Source of the DNA: Longivirga aurantiaca
GTDB taxonomy: Bacteria > Actinomycetota > Actinomycetes > S36-B12 > CAIYMF01
Assembly (NCBI RefSeq): GCF_042660085.1
Contig: NZ_JBHSTI010000008.1
Span: forward strand, 960,001 to 992,000
Direction: 5' to 3'
DNA length: 32,000 nucleotides
The notes beneath the pieces were generated by a model. The model was not told the origin of the DNA and searched no databases. It was given only the letters and a program-made list of their open reading frames with translations. Within the stretch, counting starts at the first letter, position 1; the number at the start of each line of letters is the position of its first letter. Below, one piece after another: positions 27,548 through 32,000 of this stretch. A program made the position numbers and the translations under genes.

Positions 27548-28272
27548 GCCGCCTCCGCCTGACGCTCGAGCTTCTCGCGCACGGCCGACACGCCGGCCAC
27601 CACCGCGACGACGGCGGTGAGCAGCACGGGCACGCCCGGCTGCAGGAACGGCGTGAGCGCGAGCGCGACTGCCGCGGACACCACCGCGACCCCGATCGAG
27701 CGCCGGTCGACCAGCCGCGGCCAGACGAGGGCGAGCAGCCCGGCCCCGATTGCGGCGTCGAGGCCGTACGTGCGCGGGTCGCCGATGAACCCGGCGCCGA
27801 ACGAGCCGGCCAGCGTGGCGAGGTTCCAGAGCACGAACACCGACAGCCCGGTCGCCCAGAACGCCAGGCGTTCGGCGCGCAGCGTCTCGCCCGGCCCGGA
27901 CCGGCCGATCGCCATCGCGGTCGACTCGTCGATCGTGAGCTGGGCCGCGACGAGGCGACGCCGGCCGCGCACGTCGAGCACGGGCGCCATCGACAGCCCG
28001 TAGAACGCGTTGCGCACACCGAGCAGCGTGCTCGTGGCCACCGCCGACGACACGCCGCCGCCGGCGGCGAGCACGCCGACGAGCGCGAACTGCGACCCGC
28101 CCGTGAACATCACCACCGACAGGATCTGCGCCTGCAGCACCGAGAGCCCGCCGCCCACCGCGAAGGCTCCGAACGAGATGCCGTACGCCGCCGTCGCGAA
28201 CCCCACGCCGATCGCGTTGACCACGATCGCGCGCCGCTCGCGCGGCCACTCGGGAACGAGTGCGGCCCTCAC
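27544..28272 (-). CDS. azlC: AzlC family branched-chain amino acid exporter subunit
   Basis: 242 aa. GISFGAFAVGGGLS..QAQILSVVMFTGGSQFALVG and LGVRNAFYGLSMAP are AzlC signatures. GTG start. Confidence 0.85.
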   Translation of the reverse strand: MRAALVPEWPRERRAIVVNAIGVGFATAAYGISFGAFAVGGGLSVLQAQILSVVMFTGGSQFALVGVLAAGGGVSSAVATSTLLGVRNAFYGLSMAPVLDVRGRRRLVAAQLTIDESTAMAIGRSGPGETLRAERLAFWATGLSVFVLWNLATLAGSFGAGFIGDPRTYGLDAAIGAGLLALVWPRLVDRRSIGVAVVSAAVALALTPFLQPGVPVLLTAVVAVVAGVSAVREKLERQAEAA

Positions 28273-28294
28273 GGCCGGACCTGGTCCACCGGGG

Positions 28295-28960
28295 TCACTG
28301 CGGCTCCGGCGGGATGCCGTCGTCCACCGGGCCGACGTGGTCCACGAGCCACTCGACCAGGGGCGTCATCGCGCGCCACAGCCCTCGCACCTTGGTGAGC
28401 GCGGTGCGCGTGCCCGCCCAGGCCGGGATGCCGAGCTGCTTCTCGACCGTGACCGAGCGGTGCCGCAGCAGGTCGAGGTGCGGGTGGTCCTCGGGGACTC
28501 CTCGGGGCCGCGTCTTCATGACGTCGCCGCCGAGCTCGAGGCCGCCCCTCTTCGCCGCCGCGAGCGCCTGCTGGAGGCTGGCGACGTTGGGGGAGTCGAC
28601 CGCATCGCGCCAACGCTGGAGCTGCTTGCCCTCGCCGCTGTACCAGCCGCCCGCCACGAACAGGCCGTTGCGGGAGACCTGGACGTACCAGCCCATGCCG
28701 TCCTCGGCGCCCACGAAGCCGCCCTGGTGGTCCTTGAACGGCGTCTTGTCCTTGCTGAACCTCACGTCGCGGTACGGCCGGAAGAGCGACGCCGTGCCGA
28801 ACTCGTCCTCGAGCTCGGCGAGCAGCGCGGCCAGCGGCTCCTTCACGAACGCGTCGTACTCGTGCTTGTGCGCCGTCCACCACGTCTTGGTGTTGTCGGC
28901 CGACAGGCCCTCGTAGAACTCGAACGCCTCGGCCGGGATGCCGGTGAATCGGTTCGTCAC
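28295..28960 (-). CDS. DUF2461 (TIGR02453) family protein
   Basis: From GTG 28960: VTNRFTGIPAEAFEFYEGLSADNTKTWWTAHKHEYDAFVKEPL...FRPYRDVRFSKDKTPFKDH...GWYSGEGKQLQRWRDAV is a very typical DUF2461 sequence. The upstream part of the 318-aa track ORF overlaps the GNAT gene out of frame. Confidence 0.85.
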   Translation of the reverse strand: MTNRFTGIPAEAFEFYEGLSADNTKTWWTAHKHEYDAFVKEPLAALLAELEDEFGTASLFRPYRDVRFSKDKTPFKDHQGGFVGAEDGMGWYVQVSRNGLFVAGGWYSGEGKQLQRWRDAVDSPNVASLQQALAAAKRGGLELGGDVMKTRPRGVPEDHPHLDLLRHRSVTVEKQLGIPAWAGTRTALTKVRGLWRAMTPLVEWLVDHVGPVDDGIPPEPQ

Positions 28961-28970
28961 GTGAGGGACC

Positions 28971-29525
28971 CTAGTCAGCGAGCGTCGCGCCGAGACGCAC
29001 CTGGCGCAGAGAGGCAGTGCCGGGGCCGGAGTCCATCGTGCGGCTGCCGCCGTCGTCGGCGAAGCCCGCCGACTCCAGGAACCGCAGGCGGACGCGGTCC
29101 TTGTCGCCGGACCACGTGATCGCCTCGGTGTACCCGTGGCGACGCAGGTGGTCGATCGATGCCGCCAGCAGGCGCGACCCGTGCCCGGCACGCGTGTGGT
29201 CGGGGTCGACGACGAGGTCGACGATCTCGCCGACCGTCCCGGCCGTGGCACCCGAGCCGCCGGCCGGGGCGGCCACGGCGTACCCGACGATCGCCGCGCC
29301 CTCGGTAGCGACGAGCACCGCGTGCCGAGGCGTGGGCGGAGCGGTGATCGAGCGCTTCCAGTCGTCGGCGACCGCGAGGGGCGAGAGCTGGTCCAGTGCC
29401 TGCTTGGGGAGCACGTCGGCGTACTGCCGGCGCCAGGCCGCGAGCATGACCGCGCCGACCGAGAGCGCGTCCTCGGCGCGGGCGGGGCGTACCGAGACGT
29501 CGGCTGCTGGGGTCTGATCCGTCAT
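28971..29525 (-). CDS. GNAT family N-acetyltransferase
   Basis: 184 aa. VRPARAEDA..., IVDLVVDPDHTRAGHGSRLLAASI (the Q/RxxGxG/A-type acetyl-CoA motif), and FLESAGF. GAGGA SD 7 nt upstream of the ATG. Confidence 0.85.
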   Translation of the reverse strand: MTDQTPAADVSVRPARAEDALSVGAVMLAAWRRQYADVLPKQALDQLSPLAVADDWKRSITAPPTPRHAVLVATEGAAIVGYAVAAPAGGSGATAGTVGEIVDLVVDPDHTRAGHGSRLLAASIDHLRRHGYTEAITWSGDKDRVRLRFLESAGFADDGGSRTMDSGPGTASLRQVRLGATLAD

Positions 29526-29554
29526 GGGGACATCCTCGTGGGTACGGTGCAGGT

Positions 29555-30697
29555 GTGCGTGTGGTGGTGGTCGGAGCCGGTGCCTGGGGCCTCCCTGCCG
29601 CCGCCGAGCTCGCGCGCCGCGGCCACCAGGTCGTGCTCCTCGACCGCCACGGCGCCGCCGGTCAGCTGGGGTCGTCGTCCGGGCCGACCCGGCTGTGGCG
29701 GCTCTCGCACCCCGACCGGCTGCGCGTGCGGCTGGCGCAGCGCTCGGTGCAGGCCTGGGAGCGGCTCGAGCAGGACAGCGGCATCACCGCCATCCTGCGG
29801 CGCGGCCTGCTCTGGCGCGACGACGTCAGCGTGCCGCTGGTCGCGGACGCGCTCGCCGCCGAGGGCGTGCCGCACACCGTCGTGGAGCCCGGCGACGTCG
29901 CCTCGTTCTTCCCCGGCCTGCGCGCCGACGGACGGCACGCCGTGTGGCAGGAGACCGCCGGGCCCGTGCTGGCCCGTGCCGCGCTCGACGCCCAGGCAGG
30001 CCTGTTCGCGATGGCGGGCGGCCGCATCGTCGTGGGCCCGGTGGTCCGCGAGGTCGACACCTCGGGCGACGACGTCGTGCTGCGGTACGCCGACCACCGC
30101 GAGATCCGCGCCGACCGCGTCGTGCTGGCGCCGGGCGCTGGCGCCGGACGCCTCCTGGAGGCGCTCGGCATCGACGTCGCGATGAGCCCCGTCCTCGAGC
30201 AGGTGTGCCACGTCGGTCACCCCGGGGCCACCGACGACCTCCCGTGCCTGTACGACGGCCCGCTCGGGGACGAGCCGGGCATGTACGCCATGCCGACGCC
30301 CGGACGCGGCTACAAGCTCGGCATCGACCAGCCGCTGCGCGCCTGGCGCGAGGACGACATCGACCGGGTGCCGAGCCCCGAGGTGTCGGCGCACATCTCC
30401 GAGCGCGTGCGCCGCAACTTCGCCGTCCTCGACCCCACGGTGCTCGACGCCCAGGTGTGCACCTGGACCGACTCGCCGGACGGCCGCTTCGTGATCGACG
30501 TCGTCCGCGACGGCCGCGTCGTGATCGCGTGCGGCGACTCGGGCGAGGGGTTCAAGTTCTCCGCGCTCATGGGCCTCGTGCTCGCCGACCTCGCCGAGGG
30601 CAGCGACGCCGATCAAGACGTCGCCGCGTTCTCGCTCGCCCGGTTCGCCGACGGGTCCGGCGCCGCGTCCCCCGACGGGCACGTGCTCGGCCGCTAG
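29555..30697 (+). CDS. FAD-dependent oxidoreductase (DAO family; monomeric sarcosine oxidase / N-methyltryptophan oxidase-like)
   Basis: MRVVVVGAGAWGLPAAAELARRGHQVVLLDR is a GxGxxG dinucleotide fold. C-terminal ...ACGDSGEGFKFSALMG resembles the MSOX-type (G)HGFKF motif. The GTG start has a TACGGT -10-like hexamer ending 6 nt upstream, so it is probably leaderless. Confidence 0.8.
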   Translation: MRVVVVGAGAWGLPAAAELARRGHQVVLLDRHGAAGQLGSSSGPTRLWRLSHPDRLRVRLAQRSVQAWERLEQDSGITAILRRGLLWRDDVSVPLVADALAAEGVPHTVVEPGDVASFFPGLRADGRHAVWQETAGPVLARAALDAQAGLFAMAGGRIVVGPVVREVDTSGDDVVLRYADHREIRADRVVLAPGAGAGRLLEALGIDVAMSPVLEQVCHVGHPGATDDLPCLYDGPLGDEPGMYAMPTPGRGYKLGIDQPLRAWREDDIDRVPSPEVSAHISERVRRNFAVLDPTVLDAQVCTWTDSPDGRFVIDVVRDGRVVIACGDSGEGFKFSALMGLVLADLAEGSDADQDVAAFSLARFADGSGAASPDGHVLGR

Positions 30698-32000
30698 GCC
30701 GCGGGGCGCTCGACCGACTCGGCGATGCGCTCGGCCTGGACGAGCCGCAGGTCCGGGTCGAGGTCCCGCGCGTCGAGGTGCGGCGCCCCGGCGGACCCCG
30801 GCACGGCCGGGTCGTCGAGATGGCGCAGCACCGGCAGGAACGCCGTCGCCACGGACACGACGAGCAGCAGCGACGTCATGAGCAGGAAGACCGGCTGCGG
30901 CCCCCAGGCCTCGATCAGCGGCCCGGCCACCAGGTAGCCGAGCGGCCCGGCCGCGTACGCCGCTGAGCCCATGACGCCGACGACCCGGCCGCGCATGGCC
31001 TCTGGCGTGCGGTTCTGCATCGCGAGGTTGGTGATCGGGTTGATGGCGCCGAAGAAGATGCCTGTGAGCACGCTGAGGGCGAGCATCACGCCGTACGACG
31101 GCAGGAACGCCATGCCCAGCACGGGGATCGAGGTGAGGATCAGGCTCGCGACGAACGCGGGGCGACGGCGGAAGCGGTGCCCGAGCGCCGCATAGCCGAG
31201 CGCGCCGATCACGCCGCCGGTGCTCATCGCCGTGATGAGGAGGCCGAGCTTGGCGGGCTGGTCCATCTCGTTGAAGATGACCGGCAGGACGACACCCTCG
31301 ATCGGGAGCCAGACGCCGACGAGCAGCGAGGTCAGGATCGCCATGCTGCGCAGCACGCGGTCGCGCCAGAGGAACCGCAGCCCCTCGCGGGTCGAGGTCC
31401 AGAGGCCCTGCGGCCGGTGCGCCATCGCGGGTCGACCGCCGCCGGGCATGCGCGTGGTCGCCATCGCGAGGGCGCTGACGGCGAAGACGCCTGCGGTGAC
31501 CCAGAAGGTCGTCGTGGTGCCGATGAGGCCGATGAGGACGCCGCCGATGCCGGGGCCGAGGAGGTAGGCGAAGCCGTACGCGCTCTCGTGGATCCCGTTG
31601 GCCCGGGCCAGAGGGACGCGGGCCCGTCGGGCGGCCTCGGGCAGCATCGTCTCGCGCGCCGTGAGGCCGGCCGGGTCGAAGACGGCGCCGAGGGCCGCGA
31701 CCGCGAGCAGGACGCCGAAGTCGAGGCCCACCGTGACGGCGAGGATCGGGACGAGGGCGACGCTCGTGAGCGAGAGGAGGTCGGCCACCACCGAGACCGC
31801 TCGGCGGCCGACCATGTCGACGATCGTGCCGGCGAACAGCATCGACACGAGCAGCGGCAGCGCGGTGACGGCCGCGACGACGGCCGTGAGGCTCGCGTCG
31901 CCGGTGGTCTCGAGGACCAGCCACGGGAACGCGACCATCGAGATGCCGTTGGCGGTGCCGGACAGCACCGTGGTCGTCTCGAGGACGACGAACGGCCGCC
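30694..32000 (-). CDS. MFS transporter (MFS_3-like), 5' end beyond the window
   Basis: Hydrophobic 12-TM-type sequence with the motif AGTIVDMVGRRAV. The reading frame stays open to the window edge (…PFVVLETTTVLSGTANG…), so the true start probably lies past 32000. Confidence 0.8.
   Translation of the reverse strand, partial: RPFVVLETTTVLSGTANGISMVAFPWLVLETTGDASLTAVVAAVTALPLLVSMLFAGTIVDMVGRRAVSVVADLLSLTSVALVPILAVTVGLDFGVLLAVAALGAVFDPAGLTARETMLPEAARRARVPLARANGIHESAYGFAYLLGPGIGGVLIGLIGTTTTFWVTAGVFAVSALAMATTRMPGGGRPAMAHRPQGLWTSTREGLRFLWRDRVLRSMAILTSLLVGVWLPIEGVVLPVIFNEMDQPAKLGLLITAMSTGGVIGALGYAALGHRFRRRPAFVASLILTSIPVLGMAFLPSYGVMLALSVLTGIFFGAINPITNLAMQNRTPEAMRGRVVGVMGSAAYAAGPLGYLVAGPLIEAWGPQPVFLLMTSLLLVVSVATAFLPVLRHLDDPAVPGSAGAPHLDARDLDPDLRLVQAERIAESVERPAA

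Noticed and set aside
28941-28965. Partial resemblance (gtgaatc...gtcac) to the 45-bp inverted repeat
   Set aside because: Only about 7 contiguous matching bases, and it lies inside the conserved N-terminal coding sequence of the DUF2461 gene. This is consistent with chance.
30694-30697. Convergent genes sharing a palindromic CTAG as both stop codons
   Set aside because: The overlap is real, but it is a trivial consequence of TAG being self-complementary within CTAG. There is no evidence of function beyond compact gene packing.
29522-31924. 800-aa minus-strand ORF
   Set aside because: It runs antisense to the FAD oxidoreductase and out of frame through the MFS gene. It is extremely Arg/Pro/Gly-rich. 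The in-frame MFS reading (30694 to the window edge) has proper TM-helix composition.

Overview
High-GC (~73%) actinobacterial chromosomal segment, probably Micrococcales/Cellulomonas-like (inferred from composition and synteny only). Most of it is the conserved translation and ribosome-biogenesis block: (ispG 3' end) ... GNAT - MFS - proS - HAD - TSUP; a divergent Tat-lipoprotein/DUF4439/YkgJ operon; rimP-nusA-ylxR-infB-DUF503-rbfA-nrnA-truB; cupin; ribF plus a coupled membrane protein; rpsO-pnp-M16 peptidase-dapB. After that come an enoyl-CoA hydratase, a minus-strand run (GNAT, DUF2461, azlC, azlD, PH-like membrane protein), a sarcosine-oxidase-like flavoenzyme and a truncated MFS gene. I saw no rRNA, tRNA, CRISPR array, transposase or integrase. 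Many neighbouring genes overlap by 4 nt (ATGA or GTGA), and one pair overlaps by 8 nt. The non-core part is a 2.4-kb islet at 137-2580. It holds a truncated GyrA/ParC-like protein with no catalytic tyrosine and a strongly SD-led 72-aa His-rich protein, transcribed divergently from the only AT-rich patch nearby. It also holds an AbiEi-wHTH::DUF559 nuclease gene bracketed by a ~45-bp hairpin-bearing inverted repeat. Other points worth a second look: an ~8-TM protein of unknown function coupled to ribF, recurrent C/A-rich G-poor tracts upstream of rimP, infB and pnp, a structured rpsO-pnp leader, and recent in-frame tandem duplications in infB and rbfA. All calls come from reading the sequence and recalling protein families. 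No searches were run.
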